Positions 9,288 through 19,694 of a stretch of 64,000 nt of DNA are shown one piece after another. Source of the stretch: Candidatus Latescibacterota bacterium (GTDB lineage: Bacteria > Latescibacterota > UBA2968 > UBA8231). Made by a program: the position numbers and the translations under genes. Where the stretch lies: positions 608,001-672,000 of the forward strand of contig CBDCDC010000002.1 of the NCBI GenBank assembly GCA_965215195.1, in the 5' to 3' direction. The stretch's first letter is position 1; every line of letters begins with the position of its first letter. The notes beneath the pieces were generated by a model. That model did not search any database, had not been told where the DNA came from, and worked only from the letters and a program-made list of their open reading frames with translations.

Positions 9288-10114
9288 AAGGCGACCTTTC
9301 GCACCGTCCGCAGGCGGCGGCTGCCAATCCACAGCCAGCCCAAGCCAGCCGGCAAGCACACATTGAAGGCAAAAAGCAAGATGCTGGCCACAAAAGCGGG
9401 TTGCGGCTCTAAGTCGAGGCTGCTAAACACCAAGATGGCCGCCGCTTCGCGGACCCCTAGATCCAAAAACCCCAAAGGCAACAGGGTTTTCAGGGCAAAT
9501 ACCACCGGCACCGCCAACGCAACCGCTGCGTTGGTGCCCGCGCTGGCGGAGACTAAATAGAAAAATTGCGCCATGAATACCGCGTTAAACAAGACGGACA
9601 ACCCGGCGATGGCCCCCCAAGCAACCGGCCCGCTCGCTTTCCGACGGCACCAACCCCAATACAGCAGTGCGCCGAGGACGCAGAATAGCAACAGCAAAAA
9701 GCCCCTGAGATGGGGCCATAAAATCCACGCGGCCGCGGCCCCCAACCCCAACGTGACCGCGGCCGAACTCAACTTGTCCACGGCCGTCAGCAACGCGGCC
9801 TTGGCCCGACTCCGCCCCAAGAAAACGCCGCGCCCCAGTTCACCTAAGCGGCTGGGCGTCACCAGACCGAGGGCTGCGCCGCCCAGCAGTGAATAAAGCG
9901 CATCCCGCCCATTGACCTCGGGAATCTGGTTGCGCAACAACAACTGCCACTTCATCCACTGCACGCCGATACCCACTAGGGCAATCGCCCCGCAGATGAG
10001 CAGCTTGTCCCTACCGACCTGCCCGGCGGCCGCAAGCAGCGCAGCCGGTTCGAGATACCATACAGCACAGCCGAGCAGGGCCGTTGCCAAGATGATTTTT
10101 GTCCAAATTACCAT
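9284..10114 (-). CDS. Lysylphosphatidylglycerol-synthase TM-domain (flippase-like, UPF0104) protein
   Basis: Multi-TM; KWQLLL, TPSRLGELGR, DLGVRE. Confidence 0.8.
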   Translation of the reverse strand: MVIWTKIILATALLGCAVWYLEPAALLAAAGQVGRDKLLICGAIALVGIGVQWMKWQLLLRNQIPEVNGRDALYSLLGGAALGLVTPSRLGELGRGVFLGRSRAKAALLTAVDKLSSAAVTLGLGAAAAWILWPHLRGFLLLLFCVLGALLYWGWCRRKASGPVAWGAIAGLSVLFNAVFMAQFFYLVSASAGTNAAVALAVPVVFALKTLLPLGFLDLGVREAAAILVFSSLDLEPQPAFVASILLFAFNVCLPAGLGWLWIGSRRLRTVRKVAL

Positions 10115-10324
10115 GCAGTCGCCGGAGGGCGGATTGGTCTGTTTCGCTCTTTTCTAGACGGCACAAGATAGGCGACCTAACATCTTCCGTCAAGCTACTC
10201 TATTCCTTGTTTTTATACTGCTTTATATGCCTGACGACCCTCGCATTTGGCCGTCTTTTTACTGCGATTATCACCTTCTATAAAGGAATTCCCCAACCTC
10301 ACCGCCAGCGCGTTTTACACATAC

Positions 10325-10358
10325 AAAAAAGCGTTCCCCAAGCCGGTCTGGGCAACGC
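10325..10358 (-). terminator. Intrinsic terminator after ychF
   Basis: Minus strand GCGTTGCCCA...TGGGGAACGC hairpin followed by a T6 tract. Confidence 0.6.
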
Positions 10359-10398
10359 CTCTGTGCTGAGCCTAGTGCTCCGCGCTGTCTTCTGAGCC

Positions 10399-11490
10399 TC
10401 AATCCTTAAAAAGGAAGGTGATGACGTCCCCATCGGCTACGGCGTAATCCCGGCCTTCGCTTCGCAATTGCCCAGCCGCTTTCAGCGGTACCCACCCACC
10501 CATGGCGATCAGCTGGTCGCAGGAGGCTAGTTCGGCGCGGATAAACCCCTTTTCCATGTCCGTGTGGATCCGCCCGGCCGCTCGCGGTGCCTTTTCCCCG
10601 CATGGCAACTGCCAAGCCTGTAGCTTGCCGTTGGCGAGCGTGTAGAAGGTAATCAGATCCAGCAGCTTGTATCCGGCTTGGACTAAGCGCTCTATCCCCC
10701 CATGCTCCAGCCCCAATTCCCTGATGAACTCCGCACTCTCCGCTTGGCTCAGACCGGCCATCTCCGCTTCGAGCTGTGCTGAGACGACCAGCACTTGGTC
10801 CGCTCCATAGCGCTCGACCAGTCGATCCACCCATGGCCCCGGTGCGCCGGCCTCCGCTTCCCCGACATTGGCCGCATAAAGCACCGGCCTTGTCGTCAGC
10901 AAGCGATGCGGAGTAAGCGCGTCCTTTTCTTCTTTAGTCAATCCCACCGCCGCCGCGCCCGTTCCGCGCTGCAATCCCTCTAAAACCTTGGCGCAGGCCG
11001 CCAATTCGCGTACGTGTGCGCTCCGCGGCTCAGAGCGGACCACTTTATCTAGATAGGGCACGGCCTTTTCCATGACCGCCAAATCGGCCAGCAGCAACTC
11101 CGTTTCAATGGTTTCAATATCGCGCAAGGGGGCAATCGCCCCATCTACATGGCTTATCCGCGCGTCGTCAAAACAGCGCACCACGTGGACTAGGGCATCG
11201 GCATCTCTGACGTGGGCGAGGAATTGATTGCCCAACCCGGCCCCTTGGTTCGCGCCTCGCACCAGCCCGGCAATATCGACAAAGCGGATGCTCGTAGGCG
11301 TTGTGGATTGCGGCTGAATAACCTCGCGCAGCCGCTCCAATCGCGGGTCCGGAACCTCAACGGTCCCCACATTGGGGGCCACCGTGCAAAAAGGGTAATT
11401 AGATACCTCAACCCCATCCCCCGTTAGCGCGTTGAAGAGCGTTGATTTGCCTACATTGGGCAAGCCGATTATGCCGATGGAGAGAGCCAT
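10399..11490 (-). CDS. ychF: Redox-regulated ribosome-binding ATPase YchF
   Basis: [47 protein letters not shown]. Confidence 0.95.
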   Translation of the reverse strand: MALSIGIIGLPNVGKSTLFNALTGDGVEVSNYPFCTVAPNVGTVEVPDPRLERLREVIQPQSTTPTSIRFVDIAGLVRGANQGAGLGNQFLAHVRDADALVHVVRCFDDARISHVDGAIAPLRDIETIETELLLADLAVMEKAVPYLDKVVRSEPRSAHVRELAACAKVLEGLQRGTGAAAVGLTKEEKDALTPHRLLTTRPVLYAANVGEAEAGAPGPWVDRLVERYGADQVLVVSAQLEAEMAGLSQAESAEFIRELGLEHGGIERLVQAGYKLLDLITFYTLANGKLQAWQLPCGEKAPRAAGRIHTDMEKGFIRAELASCDQLIAMGGWVPLKAAGQLRSEGRDYAVADGDVITFLFKD

Positions 11491-11510
11491 ACCTCGTATC
11501 GCAAATAAAT

Positions 11511-11545
11511 TAAGTCCCTGTGAGCCAAACGCTCACAGGGACTTA
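11511..11545 (-). terminator. Hairpin/terminator downstream of the tRNA cluster
   Basis: Perfect 15-bp stem TAAGTCCCTGTGAGC/GCTCACAGGGACTTA with an AT-rich tail on the minus strand. Confidence 0.7.
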
Positions 11546-11550
11546 GTTCG

Positions 11551-11628
11551 TGGTCGGGGTGGCCGGATTTGAACCGGCGACCCCCTGCTCCCGAAGCAGG
11601 TGCGCTAGCCGGGCTGCGCTACACCCCG
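11551..11628 (-). tRNA. tRNA-Pro (CGG)
   Basis: CGGGGTG acceptor stem, anticodon loop TTCGGGA, GTTCAAATC T-loop, encoded CCA. Confidence 0.97.
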
Positions 11629-11736
11629 ACGTGGACAAGTAAAAGCTGTGATTTCTATAACTAACTGACGTTATATTGAGGCGAAATTGAGGATTTTCTG
11701 GAAAACTGCGTAACGTCAGCAACTAAACTATAAAAA

Positions 11737-11814
11737 TGGTCGGGGTGACTGGATTTGAACCAGCGACCTCTTCCACCCCAAGGAAGCGCGCTAGCCGGGC
11801 TGCGCCACACCCCG
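11737..11814 (-). tRNA. tRNA-Pro (GGG)
   Basis: Anticodon arm CTTCC-TTGGGGT-GGAAG, GTTCAAATC, CCA. Confidence 0.97.
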
Positions 11815-11845
11815 ACTTAATTATCCGACCATTCTGGCAACGAAA

Positions 11846-11922
11846 TGGTGAGCTAACCAGGACTCGAACCTGGGACCTCCGGTTCCGGAGACCGGCGCTC
11901 TATCCAGCTGAGCTATTAGCCC
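11846..11922 (-). tRNA. tRNA-Arg (CCG)
   Basis: GGGCTAATAGCTCAG..., anticodon arm CCGGT-CTCCGGA-ACCGG, GTTCGAGTC, CCA. Confidence 0.96.
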
Positions 11923-11992
11923 CTTAGCCTAGATATTCTTCTTCTTGTGTCGATTTTTGCGCAGTCTCTTCTTGCGCTTGTGCGTAGCGATC

Positions 11993-12334
11993 TTATGCCG
12001 CTTTCTCTTCCTGCCACAGGGCATCTTTTTTGTCTCCTGGACCTTTGTCCTCTGCGTTTTCCCCATTGACGCGCGCCCGTAATTCCTTTGAAGGCTTAAA
12101 CGTCGGGGCCTTGCGACCGGCGATTTTCACTTCGGCACCCGTGCGTGGATTGCGACCTGTGCGCGGTGCCCGCTCTACTACTCTGAAGGTGCCAAAACCG
12201 CGAATTTCAATATGATCTTCCCGTTCCAAAGCCTCGGCGATGGATTCAATAAAGCCATTGACAACAGCCGCAGTATCCGTCTTGGTAAGCCCTGTCCCCT
12301 CGGCGATTAGACGCACGATATCAGCTTTTGTCAA
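11993..12334 (-). CDS. HU/IHF family DNA-binding protein
   Basis: MTKADIV, IEIRGFGTF, RTGRNPRTG, PTFKPSKELR. Confidence 0.95.
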   Translation of the reverse strand: MTKADIVRLIAEGTGLTKTDTAAVVNGFIESIAEALEREDHIEIRGFGTFRVVERAPRTGRNPRTGAEVKIAGRKAPTFKPSKELRARVNGENAEDKGPGDKKDALWQEEKAA

Positions 12335-12443
12335 GACCGCACTCTCTATTCGGGTGGGTTGAGATTGCGTTAACTATCACGCCAACAAATAGTTTTAAAG
12401 AATATGGCACGGCTCATGCTCTGTCAAGGCGCACAGCACCCTC

Positions 12444-13217
12444 TCAGCCCGAGCCGAGGTTTTTGCCAAGTACGAAAACCTCTTCGAGTACAGAGAAATC
12501 CACAGTTGATTTGAGGACGACCCGCAAAAAGACCGGGGCCCGCTTTTCCTGATTCACCTCCGCCACTGTGCCAATCGGTATGCCCTTGGGGTAGCGCCCG
12601 CCCAACCCCGACGACAGCACTAGATCGCCCTCCTGCACCAAGTTGCTCGCTTCGACGAATTGCAACCGGAACTGGCCATCGGTCCACGAGACAATGCCTT
12701 GGGCGCGCGTCGCTTGGATCAAAGCACTAACCCTCGCACGCATCAACAACTGCACGACCGAGTCCGATGCACCGACTTGGGCAATGTGCCCGACGAGCCC
12801 TTTGGGCGTCACCACGGCCATATTCTTATCTACGCCGAGGTCGCGGCCAGCGTTGATGACGATCGTGTCGTAAATGTGGTCGGGGTCGCGGCCGATCACC
12901 TCGGCAGAAATAATGCGCGTACCCCCGTCTAGAGGCCGAAAGGACAGGGCCTTGCGCAGGCGCACATTTTCCCATCCAGCTTCCTGTAGCCGCATGTTGT
13001 CGAGGGCTAGGGCTACGTTTTGGGTCAGGAGAAAACGGCTCTTTTCCTCGTTGCGGGCAGAGCGGATAACTTGCGAAAACAGCGCTTGACCTGATGCCAA
13101 TAAACCGACTTGGCACCGCTCGGCGATGTAGGTCTTATAGGGGCGAGGTAAGCCTATCAAAATCAAGGCGCAGACAACGGCCAACCCAATGACGACGAGC
13201 TCCCGGGTATTGGTCAT
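12444..13217 (-). CDS. mreC: Rod shape-determining protein MreC
   Basis: N-terminal TM, coiled coil ENVRLRKAL, AEVIGRD, GLVG, SSGLGGRYPKGIPIG; follows mreB. Confidence 0.92.
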   Translation of the reverse strand: MTNTRELVVIGLAVVCALILIGLPRPYKTYIAERCQVGLLASGQALFSQVIRSARNEEKSRFLLTQNVALALDNMRLQEAGWENVRLRKALSFRPLDGGTRIISAEVIGRDPDHIYDTIVINAGRDLGVDKNMAVVTPKGLVGHIAQVGASDSVVQLLMRARVSALIQATRAQGIVSWTDGQFRLQFVEASNLVQEGDLVLSSGLGGRYPKGIPIGTVAEVNQEKRAPVFLRVVLKSTVDFSVLEEVFVLGKNLGSG

Positions 13218-13223
13218 AGTCGA

Positions 13224-14243
13224 TCAGAGCAAAACTTGGCGGTAGTTATCAAATTCTTCGAGAATGCGGGCATTGCCCCGCACCACAGCCGAAAGCGGGT
13301 CTTCACTATCGACATAAGTAGGCAAATTCGTCGCCGCAAGCAGGTGTTCCTTCAATCCCCGCAGCATGCTCCCACCGCCGCAGAGCACCATGCCCCTATC
13401 GAGGATATCCGCCGCCAATTCGGGCGGCATCCTCTCCAACACTCTGCGCACACTGGAGACGATTTGGGCTACGGAACCGGATAGGGCTTCTCGTATCTCA
13501 CCTGAGTTGACTTGCAAGACTTTGGGTAGTCCGGCCACGCTATCGCGACCGCGCACCGCGATACTCTCTTCTGTATCCAACTCCATCGCCGACCCGATTT
13601 TCCACTTGATGGCCTCGGCACCTTGGATGCCAATGAGCAGGTTGTGCTTTCTGCGCATCCACTCGGTAATTGACTGATCCATGGCCTCCCCAGCCACCCG
13701 CAACGACTCGTGTTCGACGAGACCTGAAAGGGCGATTACGGCGACCTCCGTCGTCCCGCCGCCGATGTCGATGACCATTGAGCCGACGGCTTGATCGACC
13801 GGCAATCCCATGCCGATGGCCGCGGCCATTGGCTCGCTGACTAGGTGGACATCTCTGGCCCCCACGCGCTCGCAGGAGTTTCGCACTGCCCGCTTCTCTA
13901 CTTCCGTGCTGCCTGCCGGGACCGCTACCACGATCTTGGGCCGCATGAAAAGTTTGTTCTTTTTTACTTTGCGGATAAAGCTGCGGATCATCTCTTCGGT
14001 AACTTCAAAATCGGCGATGACGCCGTCCTTTAGGGGGCGAATTATTTGAATGCCGGCGTTTTCACGCCCCATCATCTCCTTAGCCTCTGCGCCGACGGCA
14101 ATGACTTTTTGGGTGGCAACTTGGCGGGCTACAACCGAAGGCTCGTTGAGGACGATTCCCTTGCCTTTGACAAACACCAAGGTGTTGGCAGTGCCCAAGT
14201 CTATGCCTATTTCATGCGAAAAGAAACGCGATAAAACGCTCAT
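13224..14243 (-). CDS. mreB: Actin-like rod shape-determining protein MreB
   Basis: GIDLGTANT, EPSVVA, RPLKDGVIADF, EPMAAAIG, DIGGGTTEVA. Confidence 0.97.
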   Translation of the reverse strand: MSVLSRFFSHEIGIDLGTANTLVFVKGKGIVLNEPSVVARQVATQKVIAVGAEAKEMMGRENAGIQIIRPLKDGVIADFEVTEEMIRSFIRKVKKNKLFMRPKIVVAVPAGSTEVEKRAVRNSCERVGARDVHLVSEPMAAAIGMGLPVDQAVGSMVIDIGGGTTEVAVIALSGLVEHESLRVAGEAMDQSITEWMRRKHNLLIGIQGAEAIKWKIGSAMELDTEESIAVRGRDSVAGLPKVLQVNSGEIREALSGSVAQIVSSVRRVLERMPPELAADILDRGMVLCGGGSMLRGLKEHLLAATNLPTYVDSEDPLSAVVRGNARILEEFDNYRQVLL

Positions 14244-14439
14244 TCTGTATCTCCAGCCAAAAAGTTAAATCTCGACTCTGTAGCCTTGGTCTGAGCACCC
14301 CGGCATCGAGAGCATTCGCTATTGCCTATCTATAATAACTAAGGGGATTTGGATTTGCCAAATCACTCGCCCCCTTATATGTTCTAGCGCTAGCTAATTC
14401 TACACACTACGCAATTTTCAGGGAGGCAGCGCATTCGCT

Positions 14440-14925
14440 ATGAACAAGGCCGCACGGCATGTACTGCGGAGATTAGGGACCGACCATAGCTTGGACCAAG
14501 AGCGCCAACAGCGCTTGGCGCGTGAGGTCCAAGAAGAGCAGCAAAAACGCCGGGACCAAGGGGCTGACCAAGATACCAGCTTCGAGGCCATTCCCGAAGA
14601 AATGCTGACCGAGTCGGAAAAGCGCCACGAGAAATATCGCCGCCAACAGGCCATGGCCGGGCGATTCACCCCTGCTGCCGAGCGCCTGCCCATTATGACG
14701 GCTGAAGAGCGGGCCGCTCACAATAAGCACCGGCCTAAGTGGCAGCAGACTTCGTTTGAGGGGCCGATTGAAAAGCTAATTGAGAAATACCAAGACTTAG
14801 AGGAAGTACAACGCCACCTGACCTTGGGTCAATCCATGAAGTACGAGTTTACCAGCGACGGCCGCGTCCTCGACAAAGAGGGCAATGTGATCTTCGATGG
14901 AGAGAAGATCGTCGGCAAACTCTAA
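14440..14925 (+). CDS. Hypothetical charged/coiled protein
   Basis: 161-aa ORF with a GGGAGG RBS-like sequence upstream; no family recognised. Confidence 0.6.
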   Translation: MNKAARHVLRRLGTDHSLDQERQQRLAREVQEEQQKRRDQGADQDTSFEAIPEEMLTESEKRHEKYRRQQAMAGRFTPAAERLPIMTAEERAAHNKHRPKWQQTSFEGPIEKLIEKYQDLEEVQRHLTLGQSMKYEFTSDGRVLDKEGNVIFDGEKIVGKL

Positions 14926-14959
14926 GTTAGCTGGCTTGCTCTCCTATTAAAATTCACAA

Positions 14960-16042
14960 GTGGCTGCTGGCCGCGTGCCTCGTCTATATCGAGTTCTCAT
15001 CGGGCTTGGCCTGTTGAGTGTCTGTGGCTGCAATCTCAATTACTATTGGCATCTGGCCCGAGGCCAAAGCCGCGTATTGTACAAGCGCATACCAGTCCAA
15101 GCCCTCCTCGCCCGCCCCGACTTGGCCGAGCGAACTCGGACGCAACTAGAGCTGATCCAAGCCATTCTTCGCTATGCCGAAAGCGTGGGGCTGAAAACAG
15201 ACGATCACTACACGACCTTCTACGATACGGGTGGCGGCCCGATCAGTTGGAATGTCAGCGCTTGTCCGCCCGACCGCTTTTCGCCCTATACTTGGGATTT
15301 TCCGCTCGTTGGCGAGGTCCCCTACAAAGGTTTCTTTCGACGCGATTTGGCCGACGAGCAGCGCGATGCTCTCGCCGCCGAAGGGTATGACGCCATTGTC
15401 CGCCCGGTCAGTGCCTACAGCACCTTGGGAATTTTCTCCGATCCAATTCTCAGCCCAATGCTCGGCTACGCGCCCGACCAGCTAGCCGATTTGATCCTCC
15501 ACGAGCTGACTCACGCCCTCGTCTATGCCCCGGGGCAGACCGATTACAACGAGAGCTTGGCGACCTTCGTCGGCCGCCAAGGATCCTTGCTCTTCTTGGC
15601 GCAGCACTTCGGGGCCGATACCCCGCTCTTGCAACAGGCCGAGACGCGCCGAGCGGACGCGGCCCTCTTTCGGCACTTCATGGCCGAGACCGTCGCTGCG
15701 CTCGACAGCCTCTACTCGCTGGGATTGCCCCGCAGCGTTGTTTTGCGCGCTAGGCAGGTCGTTTTTGCCCAGCACCAGCGCGATTTTGCCCTCATTAGAA
15801 CAGAGTTTACCCACAACCAGTACGATGGATTCCTCCAGTGGGAACTAAACAATGCGCGGCTCCTATCTTATCGGCGCTACAACACCAATCTATCACTTTT
15901 TTTTGCTATTTATCGCACCTGCGGCGAGGACTTGGCCAGTGCCTTGGGGATTTTTGCAACCTGCGCCGAAGAAGGCGACCCTTGGCAGTGCCTGCGCGTC
16001 ACCATAGGGGCTGAGGAAGGCCGATCTCTTGGGTCCGAATGA
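14960..16042 (+). CDS. Putative zinc aminopeptidase lipoprotein (DUF2265-like)
   Basis: Lipobox-like CGC, WDFPLVGEVPYKGFF, AYSTLG, HELTH and NESLA. Confidence 0.85.
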   Translation: MAAGRVPRLYRVLIGLGLLSVCGCNLNYYWHLARGQSRVLYKRIPVQALLARPDLAERTRTQLELIQAILRYAESVGLKTDDHYTTFYDTGGGPISWNVSACPPDRFSPYTWDFPLVGEVPYKGFFRRDLADEQRDALAAEGYDAIVRPVSAYSTLGIFSDPILSPMLGYAPDQLADLILHELTHALVYAPGQTDYNESLATFVGRQGSLLFLAQHFGADTPLLQQAETRRADAALFRHFMAETVAALDSLYSLGLPRSVVLRARQVVFAQHQRDFALIRTEFTHNQYDGFLQWELNNARLLSYRRYNTNLSLFFAIYRTCGEDLASALGIFATCAEEGDPWQCLRVTIGAEEGRSLGSE

Positions 16043-16908
16043 CAGCTAAACACATTTTGACAACGGTCTTGCTGGCGACCCTCGCCTTTGGTCCGCTCGG
16101 GTGCGCCGCTAGGTTGCAGTCTGCGCTGGTGGGGTCCCTGATAGAGGACGTCAGTGCGGCCACAGCTCGCCACGACGACTTGGATTTGGTCGCCTCGGGC
16201 GTACCTACCTTTCTGCTCTTATTAGAGGGGCTGCTGGTGGCCAATCCCCAAGACCCGCAATTGCTCTCAAGGGCCGCTGAGACCTATGCTTCCTACGCCA
16301 CTTTGGTCGAAGTCGATGATCCCCAACGGGCCAAGCACCTGTACCACCGGGCCAAAGTGTACGGTCTCAAAGCCCTCTCTCTACGCCTTAGTAAGCCAGA
16401 CTTGCTCCAAGCACCGTATGCTGAATTTATCCGCGTTACCGACGACCTAGAGGCATCAGACCTGCCGGTCGTATTTTGGGCCGCTTCAAGTTGGGGTGCT
16501 TGGATTAGTGCCAATATTGAATCCATGGCAGCACTGGCCGAGTTGCCCAAAGTCATTAAACTTATGCAGTGGATCGTGGCCCAAGACCAGACCTTTCAAT
16601 ACGGGAGTTCCCATGTCTTCTTGGGTTCGTATTACGCAGCCCTGCCGCCGATGTTGGGCGGCGACCCGCAAAAGGCCGCCGAGCACTTCGACCGAGCACT
16701 GGCCATCAGCAAAGGACAGGTGCTCATGGTGTACGTAGCCAAGGCCAAATTCTATGCGCGGAATACTTTTGACCGAGTGCTGTACGAATCCCTGCTCAAC
16801 CAAGCCCTAACCAGCCCGGCGGACGCCGTACCGGAGCTTACCTTGCAAAACATCGCCGCCCAAAAACAGGCGCAGATTCTGCTAGACCAAGCCGATGATT
16901 TCTTTTAA
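16039..16908 (+). CDS. TRAP transporter TatT component (lipoprotein)
   Basis: Lipobox LGC, PPMLGGDPQKAAEHFDRA; directly upstream of dctP. Confidence 0.88.
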   Translation: MTAKHILTTVLLATLAFGPLGCAARLQSALVGSLIEDVSAATARHDDLDLVASGVPTFLLLLEGLLVANPQDPQLLSRAAETYASYATLVEVDDPQRAKHLYHRAKVYGLKALSLRLSKPDLLQAPYAEFIRVTDDLEASDLPVVFWAASSWGAWISANIESMAALAELPKVIKLMQWIVAQDQTFQYGSSHVFLGSYYAALPPMLGGDPQKAAEHFDRALAISKGQVLMVYVAKAKFYARNTFDRVLYESLLNQALTSPADAVPELTLQNIAAQKQAQILLDQADDFF

Positions 16909-17899
16909 GGGACTTTTTGCAGTCGTCGCCGCTCTCATAGCCAGCCCGGTCGCGGCCCAACCCAATCACCTCCTCAAAATTGCGACGCTCGCCCCAGAGG
17001 GCAGCAGCTATGCCAAGGCCCTCCGCACCATTGACGCGGATGTGCGGCGGGAGACGGGCGGCACCGTGGGGTTCAAAATCTATCCCGGCGGCGTCCAAGG
17101 CGACGAGAAGGTCATCTTGCGCAAGATGCGCATCGGCCAGCTCCACGGCGGAAATTTTGGCGGCCAAGGCATCAGCCAGACCTTCCCCGATGTCCTCGCG
17201 CTGGAAATGCCCTTCCTCTTCGACAGCTATGACGAAGTAGATTACGTACTCGAGAAAATGGATGCCTTTTATCGGCAGGGATACGAGGAACAAGGCTATG
17301 TCTTGCTCGGTTGGGCCGACATCGGCTTTGTCCACATTCTTTCGCAGCAACCCGTAGCTACGGTTGCGGACATGCACACCCAAAAGGTATGGCAGCTACC
17401 CGACGAACCGCTTACCTCCGTGCTTTTCCGCCTAGCCGGCGTCACCTCGGTTCCCCTAAACATCCCGGATGTCCTCCTCGGGTTGCAGACCAACCTAATC
17501 GACGTGGTGTATGCCTCGCCGTCGGCGACCATCATTCTCCAATGGTTTACTCGCGCAAAATACGTCACCCAACTTCCCATCAACTACACCTTGGGTGCTC
17601 TCTTGATCGACAAGCGAATTTTTGACAAAATTCCCGCCGCCGATCGCGAGCGCATCCACCGCATAGCACAGCAGCACCTGGCCGCCTTGGGACAGCGCAA
17701 CCGCCGAGAAAACAACGAGGCCATGACTGTGTTGCAGGCCAATGGCCTGTCGCTGGTCGAGGTTAGCCCTAAAGATGTAGAGACCTTCAAAAGCCTCGTC
17801 GCCAACGCCGAAGCCGAGCTCGTAGGCCAGGCTTTTTCCCGCGCGGCCCACGAGCAAATAGCGCGACACCTCTACGACTTCCGCCGGGCTTCCCCTTGA
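16895..17899 (+). CDS. dctP: TRAP substrate-binding protein (DctP/TatP)
   Basis: KIATLAPEGS, YPGGVQGDE, RKMRIGQLHG, GLQTNLID. Confidence 0.92.
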   Translation: MISFKGLFAVVAALIASPVAAQPNHLLKIATLAPEGSSYAKALRTIDADVRRETGGTVGFKIYPGGVQGDEKVILRKMRIGQLHGGNFGGQGISQTFPDVLALEMPFLFDSYDEVDYVLEKMDAFYRQGYEEQGYVLLGWADIGFVHILSQQPVATVADMHTQKVWQLPDEPLTSVLFRLAGVTSVPLNIPDVLLGLQTNLIDVVYASPSATIILQWFTRAKYVTQLPINYTLGALLIDKRIFDKIPAADRERIHRIAQQHLAALGQRNRRENNEAMTVLQANGLSLVEVSPKDVETFKSLVANAEAELVGQAFSRAAHEQIARHLYDFRRASP

Positions 17900-18372
17900 G
17901 CGGCCGGTGCTTCCTCCACCGACTTGAAACCGGCTTCCTCGTCCTTTTGGTAACCTGCCTGCTGGTGCTGACTTGCGGGCAGATCCTCATGCGCAACCTG
18001 TTCTCCATCACCTTCTTGGGCAGCGAAAGTCTCGTGCGGCACCTCGTGTTGTGGATTGGGCTGGCGGGTGCTTTGGTGGCCACCCGGCTCGACAAGCACA
18101 TCCGCATTGACGCTGCGTTGCGCCTGCTACCCGCCCGGGTGCGAGCCATTGTCTTGAGCTGCGCGGACTTTTTTGCCGCCGCGCTTTGCGCCTATCTAGC
18201 CTATATTGCTGGGCGCTTCGTGCTCGACGAACGCGCATTCGGCACAATGGCTTTCTTTGCCGTCCCCTCTTGGATCGCCCAACTGTGCTTTCCCCTCGCC
18301 TTTGGCCTGATGGGGCTGCGTTTCCTCTTGCAGGGCAGGCACCGCCGCCGCGCCGCCGCAGATCGCCCGTGA
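17896..18372 (+). CDS. dctQ: TRAP small permease
   Basis: Four TMs, QILMRN, HIRID. Confidence 0.9.
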   Translation: MSGRCFLHRLETGFLVLLVTCLLVLTCGQILMRNLFSITFLGSESLVRHLVLWIGLAGALVATRLDKHIRIDAALRLLPARVRAIVLSCADFFAAALCAYLAYIAGRFVLDERAFGTMAFFAVPSWIAQLCFPLAFGLMGLRFLLQGRHRRRAAADRP

Positions 18373-19622
18373 GCAGCCTCCTCGCCGCCGTAGCCACCCT
18401 AGCTGGAGTCCCGCTCTTTGTGGTCATCAGCGCGATGGCCCTGTTGCACTTCTCCCTCGCCGAGATCGACTTAACCGTCGTCTTCATCGAGATGTACCGG
18501 TTAGCCGAGACGCCGACCTTAACGGCTATTCCGCTCTTCGCCCTCACCGGTTTCGTCCTCGCCGAAAGCGGGGCACCGGCCCGGCTGGTGCGCTTCTCCC
18601 AAGCCTTGCTCGGCTGGCTGCCAGGCGGTCTGGCCATTATGGCCATTGTCGTCTGCGCCCTCTTCACGGCGTTGACCGGGGCTTCCGGGATGACGATTGT
18701 CGCGCTCGGAGGGCTGCTGTTGCCCGCTCTGCGACAACAGCACCTGCCCGACTCGTTTTCCCTCGGGCTGATTACCACCTCGGGCAGCTTGGGATTGCTC
18801 TTTCCCCCGAGCCTGCCGCTAATCATCTACGGCATCGTATCCGAGACGCCGGTAGATCAGCTTTTCATCGCCGGCATTGCCCCCGGCTTGCTCTTGGTGG
18901 GTGCCCTGTCGTGCTACAGCTTGTTCCAAGGCCGGCGCTGTGCCGCGCCTGAGCGCCCCACCGGGTGGCGGCAATTGCCGCAGGCCTTTGTCGCGTGTAG
19001 TTGGGAGCTTCTGTTGCCGGTGGTGATCTTCGGGGGGATCTACGGGGGGATCATCGCCGTCAGCGAGGCCGCGGCCTTGAGTGCCCTGTACGCTTTAGTG
19101 GTAGTGGTGCTAATCCGCCGCGAGATCTCCATCGGGCAACTGCCGAGGATTATATGCGACAGCATGGTGCTCGTCGGCGGCATTTTCGTCGTCTTGGCCG
19201 CCGCTATGGCCTATACCAATTACCTCGTTGATGCGGAAATTCCAACGCGCTTGCTCGCCTATATAGAGACGCACATCAGCAGCCGCCTGCTCTTTTTAAT
19301 TCTCCTCAATGTGTTTCTGCTGGCGGTTGGCTGTATGATCGACATGTTCTCGGCCCTCCTCATCGTCGTGCCCCTGATTCTGCCCATCGCCCAAGCATAC
19401 GACGTTCACCCCATTCACCTCGGGATCATTTTTTTGACCAACTTGGAAATTGGCTACTCAACGCCGCCGGTCGGGCTCAATCTCTTTATCGCCAGCATTC
19501 GCTTTGAACAGCCCGTCCATCGGCTCTACCGAGTCTCTTTGCCTTTTCTGCTGATTTTGTTGGCTTGCTTGGTCGTGATTACTTACTGGGCTGATTTGAG
19601 TTTGTTTCTCGTTGAGTCTTAA
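18369..19622 (+). CDS. dctM: TRAP large permease
   Basis: GTG start overlapping the dctQ stop; AIPLF, GSLGLLFPPS, TPPVGLNLF. Confidence 0.93.
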   Translation: MSSLLAAVATLAGVPLFVVISAMALLHFSLAEIDLTVVFIEMYRLAETPTLTAIPLFALTGFVLAESGAPARLVRFSQALLGWLPGGLAIMAIVVCALFTALTGASGMTIVALGGLLLPALRQQHLPDSFSLGLITTSGSLGLLFPPSLPLIIYGIVSETPVDQLFIAGIAPGLLLVGALSCYSLFQGRRCAAPERPTGWRQLPQAFVACSWELLLPVVIFGGIYGGIIAVSEAAALSALYALVVVVLIRREISIGQLPRIICDSMVLVGGIFVVLAAAMAYTNYLVDAEIPTRLLAYIETHISSRLLFLILLNVFLLAVGCMIDMFSALLIVVPLILPIAQAYDVHPIHLGIIFLTNLEIGYSTPPVGLNLFIASIRFEQPVHRLYRVSLPFLLILLACLVVITYWADLSLFLVES

Positions 19623-19694
19623 ATGTTGCTTGGCTCCGCAGGCCAAGGGCTGATGCACTGTTTTCACGGGCGCATTTTATTTACATATTAATCT

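Noticed and set aside
11551-11922. tRNA cluster as an integration site
   Set aside because: No integrase and no duplicated tRNA 3' end seen in the window
12444-14243. mreBC without mreD, mrdA or rodA
   Set aside because: Split mre operons are common; not informative by itself
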